The notes beneath the pieces were generated by a model. The model did not search any database. It saw only the letters and a list, made by a program, of their open reading frames with translations, and was not told the DNA's origin. Positions 44,979 through 54,201 of a stretch of 54,355 bases of DNA are shown here, in pieces. Position numbers and translations under genes: made by a program. The DNA comes from Dehalococcoidia bacterium (lineage in GTDB: Bacteria > Chloroflexota > Dehalococcoidia > Bin125), in assembly GCA_034428415.1 (NCBI GenBank), contig DAOUHS010000042.1, positions 1 through 54,355 of the forward strand. Direction: 5' to 3'. Positions within the stretch are counted from its first letter, which is position 1; each line of letters begins with the position of its first letter.

Positions 44979-46832
44979 GTGAACCAGACCAAGACCCGAG
45001 CGAGGATTCCCAGATGGATACGCATTCTCGCGCCACCAATGATCATCTTGGCGGTGATCGCAGCGGCAATGATGTCCGTTGCCTGCGGAGACGACAACGA
45101 ACAGGCGGAGAGCGAACAGCCCGTCCGCCAATCCGTTACGCAGGCCGTTCAGCAAGAACAACAACAGCAGGCGATGCAGGAACAGGAGCGGCAAGAGGTC
45201 GCCTACCAGCACGAGGCACAGCAGCAAGAGTCCTATGCCGCGGCCGACGCGCAACAGGCGCAGCAACAATCTGAACAACAGGCAATGCAGCAGGAGCAGG
45301 CTCAACAAGCAGCCTCCGACAGCTCCCGCGCTCGATCACGCACACAACAGCGTCAGCAAGAGCAAGAGCGGTCAAGTGAAGAACGCCAGCCGCGACGTTC
45401 ACTGCCTGGCTCAACCAACTTCGAGGACTACGCCACCACCGGCTGGCGCGAGACCGTCGACGATGACACGTCCACCTTCTCTCTCGATGTCGACCGCACG
45501 TCGTACTTCCTTGCCCTCAACTGGGTCGAGGCCGGCTACGCGATTGAACCGGCGTCGGTTCGCACCGAAGAGTGGATCAACGCGTTCGACTACAACTATG
45601 AACTGCCCGGCTCTGGTGACAGCTTCGCCGTCACTACCGACATCGTCGAGCATCCCCTACACAACGAGCTGCACCTGGTGCGAATCGCGACACAAGCGCC
45701 GGAGTTTGTCGATAACACGCGTCTCAACGTGACACTAGTCCTGGATGCGTCCGGCTCCATGCGTGAGGGAGACCGAGTCGGAATCGCCAAGGCGGCTGCG
45801 GAATCAATCCGCCGTGGTCTGAGCCGTGTTGACCGACTCGCCGTTGTACTGTTCTCGGACTCAATCGTCGACTATGCCGAACATCACCGACCGGACGACC
45901 GCGATGTGATTCAAGTGATCGAGAATCTGTATCCACGTGGCTCAACCAACGTTCAGGCCGGACTCAACATGGGCGTTGAGTTTGCCGACGACGTCCGCCG
46001 CGACCGTCCCGATGCCTACAACTACGTCATCCTCATGTCCGACGGCGTCGCCAACGTCGACGCCACCGACCCGTTCGCCATCCTGCGCACAGCCGAGGAC
46101 CGCGACGAGTCGAACCCGCTGCGCCTGATCACAGTCGGCGTAGGCATCGAGAACTACAACGATGTCCTGCTCGAACAGCTCGCCCAGCACGGCAACGGTT
46201 GGTACCGCTACCTGCAGAACATCGGCCAGGCCAAGTCGACGTTCAGCCGCGACAACTGGCTGGCGCTCTCGATCCCCTTCGCCGACCAGGCCCGCGCCCA
46301 GGTCCGTTGGGATGAAAACGCCGTCGTCGGCTGGCGGCTGGTCGGCTACGAGAATCGCGTCACCGCCGATCGCAACTTCGAGCAAGACCGCAAGGACTTC
46401 GCAGAGATCCCGATGGGCTCGGCGACCACGATGTTCTTCGAGGTCGAGCTGACCAGCGACGCGATTCGCAGGGACATTGTGGATCTCGGAGAAGTGGAGC
46501 TGCGCTGGCTGGTCCCGATGTCGGATGAGTCGCGCAGCCAACAGGTCGCCATGGCCTCAGGCATCTTACGCTTCGGAGACGATGAGCTGTTGGACCTCGG
46601 TTCAGTCGTCGCCCTGGCCGCCGACCGTTACAGCTGGTTCGGCCAGGACGGCCTGAGCGACGAGACCATGGCCCTCGCGGCCGACCATCTCAACGAGATC
46701 GCCTACTGGTTCGAAGACCTGCCCACCAGCATCCTCGACACGGAAGCCGGAGGTGACTTCGCCAAGCTCCTCGCCGCCATGGGCGCCATCGCCGAAGAAC
46801 ACGAGACGGAGGATCCGGGCTACTCGAGGTAA
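44979..46832 (+). CDS. Secreted/lipoprotein von Willebrand factor A protein (YfbK-like: vWA N-terminal domain - VWA - DUF3520)
   Basis: GTG start with GGAGG 7 nt upstream and a signal/lipobox-like MMSVAC. A Gln-rich stretch is followed by STFSLDVDRTSY....EEWINAFDY. The MIDAS motif is LVLDASGSM. Confidence 0.85.
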   Translation: MNQTKTRARIPRWIRILAPPMIILAVIAAAMMSVACGDDNEQAESEQPVRQSVTQAVQQEQQQQAMQEQERQEVAYQHEAQQQESYAAADAQQAQQQSEQQAMQQEQAQQAASDSSRARSRTQQRQQEQERSSEERQPRRSLPGSTNFEDYATTGWRETVDDDTSTFSLDVDRTSYFLALNWVEAGYAIEPASVRTEEWINAFDYNYELPGSGDSFAVTTDIVEHPLHNELHLVRIATQAPEFVDNTRLNVTLVLDASGSMREGDRVGIAKAAAESIRRGLSRVDRLAVVLFSDSIVDYAEHHRPDDRDVIQVIENLYPRGSTNVQAGLNMGVEFADDVRRDRPDAYNYVILMSDGVANVDATDPFAILRTAEDRDESNPLRLITVGVGIENYNDVLLEQLAQHGNGWYRYLQNIGQAKSTFSRDNWLALSIPFADQARAQVRWDENAVVGWRLVGYENRVTADRNFEQDRKDFAEIPMGSATTMFFEVELTSDAIRRDIVDLGEVELRWLVPMSDESRSQQVAMASGILRFGDDELLDLGSVVALAADRYSWFGQDGLSDETMALAADHLNEIAYWFEDLPTSILDTEAGGDFAKLLAAMGAIAEEHETEDPGYSR

Positions 46833-46873
46833 AGGCAGACAACTAGCCGCCAACCATTTGTGGCGCGATGATG

Positions 46874-46901
46874 AGAGGGGTCGGCATGTGCCGACCCCTC
46901 T
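46874..46901 (+). terminator. Strong stem-loop after the vWA gene (13-bp arms), putative terminator
   Basis: agaggggtcggca-tg-tgccgacccctct lies 42 nt after the stop. The U-tract is weak (tcaat). Confidence 0.5.
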
Positions 46902-46920
46902 TCAATGACTGCGAGCCATC

Positions 46921-48093
46921 ATGACCGACTCCACCATCGTCGACCTGCGCTACTACCTCATCCATCCCACCCCGCCCAACACCGGCCAGCCCGACCGCTA
47001 CATCGCCGGAAAAAACCTCTGCTTCGTCCGACTCGAAACCGCCGACGGACTCCACGGCTGGGGCGAGTGCTACACCCAGTCCGACCGCGACATCCAGATC
47101 ACCGCACACCTCGAGGCCATGCGCCGATACATCGTCGGCTGGGACGCCGCCCGCATCAAACCCTGGACCGACGCCATCTACAACGACTTCGGCAACCGCC
47201 GAGGCGCCATGGACCTCTACTCCGCCGTCTCCGGCGTCGAACAAGCCATGTGGGACCTCGCCGGCAAGCGAGCCGGCATGCCCGTCCACCAGCTCCTCGG
47301 CGGCGCCGTCCGCGATCGCCTCCGCGTCTACGCCAACGGCTGGGCCAAGATGGACGACATCGAAGAACTCCAGGCCCGTGCCCGAGCCATGGTCGACCGA
47401 GGCTTCAACGCCCTCAAGTTCGACCCCGTCCCCGGACGCTGGCGCAGCTACATCGGCATGAAAGAACTCCGCCTCGCCGCCGAACGAGTCCGAGCCGTCC
47501 GAGAAGCCGTCGGACCCGACATCGACGTCCTCCTCGAAATCCACCGCCGACTCAGCCCATCCAACGCCGTCCGACTCTCCCAGATGGTCGAGGAATACGA
47601 GCCCTTCTGGTTCGAAGAACCAGTCTGGGCCGAGAACATGACCGCCCTCGCCGCCGCCACCGCCCAGATCAACATCCCCACCGTTACCGGCGAAGAGCTC
47701 TACACCAAGTTCGAATTCCGACAAGCCTTCGAACAACGAGCCGCCGACATCATCAACCCCGACGTCGCCAACGTCGGAGGAATCAAAGAACTAACCGAAA
47801 TCGCCGCCATGGCCGAGATCTACTTCGTCGCCGTCGCCCCACACAACTACAACTCAACCACGATGGCCCTCGCCGCCACCCTCAACGCCGCCGCCACCAT
47901 GCCCAACTTCATCATCACCGAATACTTCGTCAACTTCGAACCCTGGGGAAACCAGGCCGCCACCCCAGCCTTCCAGGTAGAAGACAGCCAAATCCAACTC
48001 CCCAAAACCCCAGGCCTAGGAATCGACCTGGACGAACAAGTCCTAAAAGACCACCCAGCCAAAGACTTCCCAACCAGAACCATCGGAGACTGA
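46921..48093 (+). CDS. Enolase-superfamily enzyme (mandelate racemase/muconate lactonizing family, galactonate-dehydratase-like)
   Basis: Motifs VRLETADGLHGWGEC, AMWDLAGK, NALKFDP, WFEEP and INPDVANVGGI. Confidence 0.88.
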   Translation: MTDSTIVDLRYYLIHPTPPNTGQPDRYIAGKNLCFVRLETADGLHGWGECYTQSDRDIQITAHLEAMRRYIVGWDAARIKPWTDAIYNDFGNRRGAMDLYSAVSGVEQAMWDLAGKRAGMPVHQLLGGAVRDRLRVYANGWAKMDDIEELQARARAMVDRGFNALKFDPVPGRWRSYIGMKELRLAAERVRAVREAVGPDIDVLLEIHRRLSPSNAVRLSQMVEEYEPFWFEEPVWAENMTALAAATAQINIPTVTGEELYTKFEFRQAFEQRAADIINPDVANVGGIKELTEIAAMAEIYFVAVAPHNYNSTTMALAATLNAAATMPNFIITEYFVNFEPWGNQAATPAFQVEDSQIQLPKTPGLGIDLDEQVLKDHPAKDFPTRTIGD

Positions 48094-48145
48094 TGATGCC
48101 CCACCGGAAATGGTCGACCACTGCCCGATCGCATACCCTGACCAC

Positions 48146-48385
48146 ATGAGCAACGTCAACGTCTCCCTCCCTGACGCCCTCCAATCGTTCGTCGACCAGC
48201 AAGTCGCCGAGCGCGGGTTAGAGACCTGCAGCGAGTACATCCAGGTTCTGATCCAAGGGGAGCTAGATCGCCAGAAGCTGCGCGATCTCGTCATGGAGGG
48301 CGTGAATTCGCCTCCGGCGGGCGTTGCCGATGCCGAGTACTTCGACGAGCTTCGTAGACGCGTTCACGAAGATGATTGGCAGTGA
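48146..48385 (+). CDS. parD: ParD-like type II antitoxin (ribbon-helix-helix)
   Basis: MSNVNVSLPDALQSFVDQQVAERGLETCSEYIQVLI...KL..L...G..S. Confidence 0.75.
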   Translation: MSNVNVSLPDALQSFVDQQVAERGLETCSEYIQVLIQGELDRQKLRDLVMEGVNSPPAGVADAEYFDELRRRVHEDDWQ

Positions 48386-48711
48386 CGGAAAAGCCGGTCA
48401 TTCGCAGTCAAGCGGCGACAAGCGATGTCCAAAACGCCGCCAGATACTACCGAACAACACTGTCCGCCCAGCGTGCACAGGAGTTCATTGACGCCCTCGA
48501 AGAGGCGTACCTCCACATCAGTCGACTTCCCGGCTCCGGATCACCCCGCTATAGCCACATGATTGATGTGGCCAACCTGCGCGCCTGGCCGGTCAGCGGC
48601 TATCCCCGTCCCACTCCCAGTTCCCGCCCCCGCGCGGGAACCCGCTCGGTTTCCCGTCCCCACCTCCGAGCGGGGACCAGCTCCCAACGTTCGCCAGGAA
48701 GATTGACCTGA
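48376..48711 (+). pseudogene. parE: ParE/RelE-family toxin, C-terminally disrupted after residue ~77
   Basis: The N-terminal 77 aa are ParE-like (A..D......Y........A.EFIDALEEAYLHISRLPGSGSPRY....NLRAWPVSGYP). The expected Y.IFY...V.I.RVLHG.RD core is replaced by Pro/Arg/Ser-rich sequence encoded by GC-rich hairpins (48607-48700). The start overlaps the parD stop. Confidence 0.6.
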
Positions 48712-49247
48712 TGCGAGCCATAACCGCCCTCCTCCCCGACGACACGAAGACCTACCGAGGCGACCCCTGGGTCACGAGGTTCTACCTCTTCCTCTCCCTC
48801 GTCATCACCTTCCGAAGCCTCGTCCACGTCTTCCGACGCGACGGCGGAGCCGCCAGCATCGCCGGCATCGACCTCGACGTTGAAGGCGGCCAGAACATCG
48901 TCGCCATCTTCGCCCAATGGGGACTCGAACAACTGCTCCTCGCCGGCCTCGCCTGGCTCGCTCTGATCCGCTACCGAGGACTGATCCCCCTGATCCTGCT
49001 CCTCAACCTGCTCGACAACATCGGCCGAATCATGGTCGGTCGCTCCAAACCACTCAAAATCGACAAACCCCCGCCCGGAGCCTACGGGCAGGTCATCATC
49101 CTCCCCTTCCTCACCGTCGCCTGCTGGCACTCACTGCCTCGACGCGACCGCGGGAATGAGCCGACGCCCTACTGGACAAAGTCCCGCAATGCCGCGACCA
49201 CACGATCCGGAGCCTCCTCCGCCACGAAGTGTCCGACGTCGCTGTAG
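48711..49247 (+). CDS. Hypothetical membrane protein (about 4 TM)
   Basis: Hydrophobic segments are FYLFLSLVITF, LLLAGLAWLALI, LIPLILLLNLL and VIILPFLTVACW. The ATG overlaps the preceding stop (TGATG). The 3' end overlaps the convergent hydrolase gene by 79 nt, so the C-terminus is uncertain. Confidence 0.5.
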   Translation: MRAITALLPDDTKTYRGDPWVTRFYLFLSLVITFRSLVHVFRRDGGAASIAGIDLDVEGGQNIVAIFAQWGLEQLLLAGLAWLALIRYRGLIPLILLLNLLDNIGRIMVGRSKPLKIDKPPPGAYGQVIILPFLTVACWHSLPRRDRGNEPTPYWTKSRNAATTRSGASSATKCPTSL

Positions 49248-50044
49248 TCATGTACCTCGGTGTCGCTCAACGCCGAGCGCCAGCGTTCCAACTCCTGCCT
49301 GCGGAACGCGATGTCCTGCAGACCCCAGAAAATCAGCGTCGGCTTGTCGGCAAACCTGACGCGATTTTCCCAGATGTCGCCCAACCACTTGCTCGCGCGA
49401 ATGATCTGACCCGGAAGCGCAGCGCAGGCGGCACGCTCGCTCGGCGACGGCTGCGCCCGCCGGTAGTGCTCCATCATCTCGGGCGTCATCGCCGACTTGA
49501 CCGCAATCGCCCTGGGCATCACGCCGTTGACGAAGAAGTTGCGCCGCTTGATCAAGTACTGACCCAGCGGACTCCACATCACCAGGCTGAAGAACAGAAA
49601 GTGACGGTCCCGATTGACCGGCCAGCACCAGGTGTTCGCCAGCACCAATCGCGAGACCCGTCCGGGCCGCCGCCGCGCGAAGTCCAGACCGATCGGTCCG
49701 CCCCAATCACACATGAACAGCGTGACGTCGGTCACCTGCAAGTGGTCCAGCAGAGCCGCGAAGCGGCGCGCATGCGCATGAGGATGATGGTCGTCACGCT
49801 CGTCGCTGCGACTCGACAGCCCAAATCCAACGTGATCGGCCGCAATGCACCGGAAATCGGAACGCAGCTCGGCAATCAGGTGCCTGAACTCAAACGACCA
49901 CGACGGATTCCCGTGGACGAACACAATCGTCGGACCACTGCCCTCGTCGACGTAGTGCATCCGCTGCCCGTCCGGAGTCTCGAAGAACCGACTCTCAAAC
50001 GGGAACAACTCGTTCGAGACCCAGGCGGGCCTACCCGAAGTCAT
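49169..50044 (-). CDS. Haloalkane-dehalogenase-family alpha/beta hydrolase
   Basis: FVHGNPSWSFEFRHLI, an Asp nucleophile followed by Trp in MCDWGGPIG, and a C-terminal VGHFVAEE. Confidence 0.75.
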   Translation of the reverse strand: MTSGRPAWVSNELFPFESRFFETPDGQRMHYVDEGSGPTIVFVHGNPSWSFEFRHLIAELRSDFRCIAADHVGFGLSSRSDERDDHHPHAHARRFAALLDHLQVTDVTLFMCDWGGPIGLDFARRRPGRVSRLVLANTWCWPVNRDRHFLFFSLVMWSPLGQYLIKRRNFFVNGVMPRAIAVKSAMTPEMMEHYRRAQPSPSERAACAALPGQIIRASKWLGDIWENRVRFADKPTLIFWGLQDIAFRRQELERWRSALSDTEVHDYSDVGHFVAEEAPDRVVAALRDFVQ

Positions 50045-50074
50045 CCGCCCCTCCCCGGTCCCTTGAGGTCGCGC

Positions 50075-51367
50075 CTACAGCAACGCCTCGTAGACCCCCT
50101 TCTCGAAGTCCGTCTCGAGGTACGCCGCCGGGTTGAACTGGTACATGAACACGTGCGTGAAGAACAGCCCCGCGAGGTTCTCAGCCGGGTCGACAAAGAA
50201 CCACGTGCCCGCCGCACCACCCCAGCCATACGTCCCGATGCTGCCTGGATACGCCGTCCCCGCGATCCGGTCTCGAACCGCATAGCCAAATCCAAACCCG
50301 AATCCGGGACCCGTGAGATTGATCTCCGTCCCACAGATCGCACCCAGATGATTGGCGGTCATCAGCTCAATCGTCTTCCGACCCAGCACCCGCGCACCGT
50401 CAAGCTCACCTCCGTTGAGCAGCATCGCGGCAAAACGCGTGTACGCCGCCGACGTCATCAACACCCCGCCGTACAGCCCATTGCCCGATATCTGCTGGCC
50501 GAGCGACTCCCGCACCTTGTGCGAGTCCTCAGGCCGCTCCACCGGATTGAGCGCACCATCCTCCGACCAGTGGTGATTCGTCACCAGCCGGTCCACGTCC
50601 TCCGGCGGACAGTAGAATCCGCATCCTTCGACGCCCAGCGGACCGAAGATCCGCTCCTGGAAGAGTTCGTCCAGGTTCTGTCCGGTCGCGCGCTCGAGCA
50701 GCAGCGTCAGGACATCGAAGTCGGCCGCATACTCCCACGCCGCCCCCGGTTGCCGCGCATTGGGCAGCAGCGCCATCTGCAACACGCGCTCCTCTGCGGA
50801 TACCGACGTGTCCACCACGCCCGGATTCGTAATCCCGAACTCGGTACCGCTCCAGGCCGGCTCCAACAATGGGAACATCGCCGACGGGATGTTGCCAAAC
50901 GACGGCAACCCCGATGTCATCGTCAACAAGTCCCGGATCGTGATCTGACGGGTCATCGGCAACGTCTGACCCATCAGCAGGCCCTCACCGCGCACCTTGT
51001 TCGGAGGATCAAACGGAGCCAACACCTGCCGATTCTCGAACTCCGGCAGCCACTTCGTAATCGCCTCGTCGACGTAGAACACGCCCTCTTCCTGAAGCTG
51101 CATCGCCAGAGCCGCCGTCACCGGCTTGGTCTGCGAGTACATCCGGAACAGCGCGTCTTCAGGCAGCGGGTTCTGCCGCTCCGCATCCAGACTTCCATGC
51201 GTCGACACATGGGCCACGTGTCCGTGCCGAAGCAACACGGTCGTCACCCCGGGAACCTCACCGTTCTCAACAGCCTGCGCCATCCGGGAGTCCATCCGAG
51301 CCAGCCGGTCGGCGTCAATCCCCAGCGAAGCAGGATCGGCGGAGGGAAGATTGGCAAAATCAGACAT
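50075..51367 (-). CDS. Serine hydrolase, beta-lactamase/transpeptidase-like (class C/esterase type)
   Basis: The start was chosen at MSDFANLP after AAGGAG. The SxxK motif is YSQTKPV. The upstream 81 codons of the ORF look non-coding. Confidence 0.8.
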   Translation of the reverse strand: MSDFANLPSADPASLGIDADRLARMDSRMAQAVENGEVPGVTTVLLRHGHVAHVSTHGSLDAERQNPLPEDALFRMYSQTKPVTAALAMQLQEEGVFYVDEAITKWLPEFENRQVLAPFDPPNKVRGEGLLMGQTLPMTRQITIRDLLTMTSGLPSFGNIPSAMFPLLEPAWSGTEFGITNPGVVDTSVSAEERVLQMALLPNARQPGAAWEYAADFDVLTLLLERATGQNLDELFQERIFGPLGVEGCGFYCPPEDVDRLVTNHHWSEDGALNPVERPEDSHKVRESLGQQISGNGLYGGVLMTSAAYTRFAAMLLNGGELDGARVLGRKTIELMTANHLGAICGTEINLTGPGFGFGFGYAVRDRIAGTAYPGSIGTYGWGGAAGTWFFVDPAENLAGLFFTHVFMYQFNPAAYLETDFEKGVYEALL

Positions 51368-51457
51368 AGTGGCTCCTTGTCGGTTGATTGGCCCAATGAG
51401 GATAGGCGCTGCGATCGCGTAGCCTCTCAACGATTGAGCGACTGAGGGAGGGCTGAC

Positions 51458-52669
51458 ATGACATACGAGTACGACCGCAACATCCGCGACAAGGTCGCAG
51501 TGATCGGAGTCGGCGAGACCGAGTACACCAAGCACGGCCGCATCGGCAGGCCCGAGTTCCGCCTTGCCCTCGAAGCAATCCTCGCCGCCTGCAACGACGC
51601 GGGACTCCAACCCCGAATGCTCGATGGCTTCTCCTCCTACTCAGCCGACCGCAACGACCCAAACCGCCTGTCAACCGCCCTCGACCTCCCGCACTACGCC
51701 TTCGCCTCCATGGTCTACGGCGGAGGCGGCGGAGGAGTCTGCGCCGCCATCGGCAACGCAGCCGCCGGCATCGTTGCCGGATACGCCAACTTCGTCGTCG
51801 TCTACCGAGCCCTCGCCCAGGGCGAGTTCGGCCGCTTCGGCCAGTCGCGCCGCGGCGGACGCCTGCGCGGACAGTACGCCTTCAACGTCCCCCAGGGCCT
51901 GATGTCGCCGGCCCAGTTCCTGGCGATGAAGATGCAGCGCCACATGCACGAGTACGGCACCACCTCAGCCCAACTCGGACACATCGCCGTCGCCGCCAAC
52001 AAGCACGCCCAGAACAATCCCCGAGCCGTCATGAACGGCCGACCAATCACGCTGGAAGACCACCAGAACTCGCGCATGATCGCCGACCCCTACCGCCTCT
52101 ACGACTGCTGCCTCGAGACCGACGGCGCCGCCGCCATGATCCTCACAACGGCCGAGATCGCGAAAGACTTCACCGACAATCCGGTCTATCTCGCAGCCTC
52201 GGTCCAGGGCTCCGGACACCGCCAGGGAAACGTCGTCGACGGCTTCTGGCACGACGACTTCATGAGCTCGAACTACACCACCATGGTCGACCGCCTCTAC
52301 TCGGCCGCCGGCATGGGACCCGAAGACATCGACTGCGGACAGTTCTACGAGAACTTCACCGGCCAGGTCCTCACCTCCTTCGAGGACCACAAGTTCTGCA
52401 AGGTCGGCGAAGGAGGACCCTTCTCCGAAGGCGGACGACTCGAAACCAAACAGGTCGCCGACGCCGACGCCCCCCACGCCGGAGAATTCCCAATCAACAC
52501 CTCAGGAGGCAACCTCGCCGAGGCCTACACCCACGGCTTCAACCTAGCCGTCGAAGCCGTCCGCCAACTCCGAGGCGTATCGTCCAACCCCGTAGAAGGA
52601 GCTCGCACCTGCATCGTTGCTGCTGGTCCCGCATCAGCACCGATCTCGTCGGCGATCTTCCACAACTGA
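51458..52669 (+). CDS. Thiolase-like protein (SCP-x / lipid-transfer-protein type)
   Basis: VAVIGVGETEYTK at the N-terminus and C-terminal NTSGGNLAEAYTHGFN typical of this family. Confidence 0.8.
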   Translation: MTYEYDRNIRDKVAVIGVGETEYTKHGRIGRPEFRLALEAILAACNDAGLQPRMLDGFSSYSADRNDPNRLSTALDLPHYAFASMVYGGGGGGVCAAIGNAAAGIVAGYANFVVVYRALAQGEFGRFGQSRRGGRLRGQYAFNVPQGLMSPAQFLAMKMQRHMHEYGTTSAQLGHIAVAANKHAQNNPRAVMNGRPITLEDHQNSRMIADPYRLYDCCLETDGAAAMILTTAEIAKDFTDNPVYLAASVQGSGHRQGNVVDGFWHDDFMSSNYTTMVDRLYSAAGMGPEDIDCGQFYENFTGQVLTSFEDHKFCKVGEGGPFSEGGRLETKQVADADAPHAGEFPINTSGGNLAEAYTHGFNLAVEAVRQLRGVSSNPVEGARTCIVAAGPASAPISSAIFHN

Positions 52670-52676
52670 TCCACGG

Positions 52677-53696
52677 CTAGGACAATGCCCGTTTGATGCA
52701 GTTGCTGGCCGGCTGCGACCACTCTCCGGCTTCGCGTTGGGCAATCGCGTAGGCCAGAATCTCGCCGATGCGATTCTGCAATGCCCGAGACCCGCTCCAG
52801 GAGAGGGAACTCTCCTGCATGATCGCTATCACATAACGCGGCTGGCTACCCCGCCACGGCGGACCCAGCCAGATCGCGGCGCTGTTCATCCGCACGGTCG
52901 AACGCTGTTCACTTGGCAGCGACTTGAGCGGGGTGTCCTCTTGACCTGCGGCTACTGCCTCCGCTTCAGCTTGTTCCAGATCCTGCAGCAGTTCCTCCTC
53001 GTCCTTGTAGTTGCGCGGATCGATCTTGCCGACCGGATCATCGTCCTCGGTCTCCGGAAGCGTGAAGTTCCCGGTCTTGATCAACGACTCCCAACCTGGA
53101 AGTTCGGGTTCGGGAATGGTGGCGCCCCAGCGGTGGTTCTCAACCCCGCTGCGTAACAGGTCGAATCCATCGGCTCGCGCTTGTTCGGGTACCGAATCCG
53201 AAACTGCAAGCGCCCCGAACAGCCGAGCCAGATGCACCGGCTCGGCCCGGCTCATGCCCCAGCGGCTGCGGTGCGTCAAGTCGACAAGCTCGGGAACGCC
53301 CCATCGCTTGTAGAACTCGGTCAATCCCGACAGCCCGCCGATCATCGACAGCAACGTCGTCACATCCGGATTTTGCGACCAGGCCACCATGTAGAACAGT
53401 GCGTGCTGCTGCGCCTCGGTCAGTTCGCGTCCGTTGTCATAGGCATCGCTCAGGACCGCCCAGGCGATCGGCGGCTTGATCACGCTATGCAGCGCGAACG
53501 GACCGGAATGACCGCCACTCCAGATCGTCCCGGTTCGCAGGTCGTACGCCGCCGCGCCGAGCACCGCATCGACGAGCATCAGCTCGCGTGCGAAATCGGT
53601 CGAGAGCGTGCAGAGCGGCGCTTCGGCCGCAGCCGGCCGGGCGACTCCAAACCAGATCAGGACGGGCAAGAGGGCGAGTGCAGTCAGGCGGCGCAT
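52677..53696 (-). CDS. Secreted class A beta-lactamase-like serine hydrolase with acidic insertion
   Basis: Signal peptide MRRLTALALLPVLIWFGVARPAAAEA. Candidate motifs are SVIK (SxxK), SQN (SxN) and KTG. A ~55-aa Asp/Glu-rich insert follows KTG. Confidence 0.5.
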   Translation of the reverse strand: MRRLTALALLPVLIWFGVARPAAAEAPLCTLSTDFARELMLVDAVLGAAAYDLRTGTIWSGGHSGPFALHSVIKPPIAWAVLSDAYDNGRELTEAQQHALFYMVAWSQNPDVTTLLSMIGGLSGLTEFYKRWGVPELVDLTHRSRWGMSRAEPVHLARLFGALAVSDSVPEQARADGFDLLRSGVENHRWGATIPEPELPGWESLIKTGNFTLPETEDDDPVGKIDPRNYKDEEELLQDLEQAEAEAVAAGQEDTPLKSLPSEQRSTVRMNSAAIWLGPPWRGSQPRYVIAIMQESSLSWSGSRALQNRIGEILAYAIAQREAGEWSQPASNCIKRALS

Positions 53697-53739
53697 GCCG
53701 AGTCAGGCTACTAGGCAGGCAACGCGTTACCCTCGCGCT

Positions 53740-54201
53740 ATGACGAGTTCGAGCCGCACCGCCGAGTTCCTGGATTCGCCGCTCTTTCCCGAAGGCATGA
53801 CCGCTCCCGAGCCTGAGGATCCGATTAACGGCGGCTACTTCGCTGGCGCCGCGCTGGGGCGACTCGTCGTTCAGCGCTGTGCCGACTGCAACACCCGGCA
53901 GTATCCGCCGGAGCTGAACTGTCACGCCTGCTACGGGTTCGAGATGGAGTGGGAAGAGTCGGCCGGTACCGGCAGCGTCTGGTCCTGGGTCGAAGTCGTC
54001 CACCCGGCGCATCCGGCGCTGAGAGAGTTCGGGCCTTACATGGTCGCGTTGGTTGAGTTGGACGACATGCCCGAGATCAAGTTGATGGGCGCGGTCGTCG
54101 ATGCGCCACTGGGCGGGGCGATGGAGATCGGCGCGCGGGTTCGCGTGGTGTTTGAGCACACTACCGACGATCTCGCCCAGCCGCGCTGGCGCATGGCATG
54201 A
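53740..54201 (+). CDS. DUF35 Zn-ribbon/OB-fold protein (usual partner of SCP-x-type thiolases)
   Basis: The rubredoxin-like motif is CADCNTRQYPPELNCHAC, then GSVWSWVEV and VALVELDD. Confidence 0.8.
   Translation: MTSSSRTAEFLDSPLFPEGMTAPEPEDPINGGYFAGAALGRLVVQRCADCNTRQYPPELNCHACYGFEMEWEESAGTGSVWSWVEVVHPAHPALREFGPYMVALVELDDMPEIKLMGAVVDAPLGGAMEIGARVRVVFEHTTDDLAQPRWRMA

Noticed and set aside
25244-50044. Functional link between the flavin-dependent halogenase (25244) and the haloalkane-dehalogenase-family hydrolase (49169)
   Set aside because: They are 22 kb apart, on opposite strands, and separated by many unrelated operons. The co-occurrence is most simply explained by the abundance of alpha/beta hydrolases in this genome.
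49229-51445. 738-aa plus-strand ORF
   Set aside because: It is antisense to two well-supported hydrolase genes and extremely Arg/Pro/His-rich, so it is a GC artefact.
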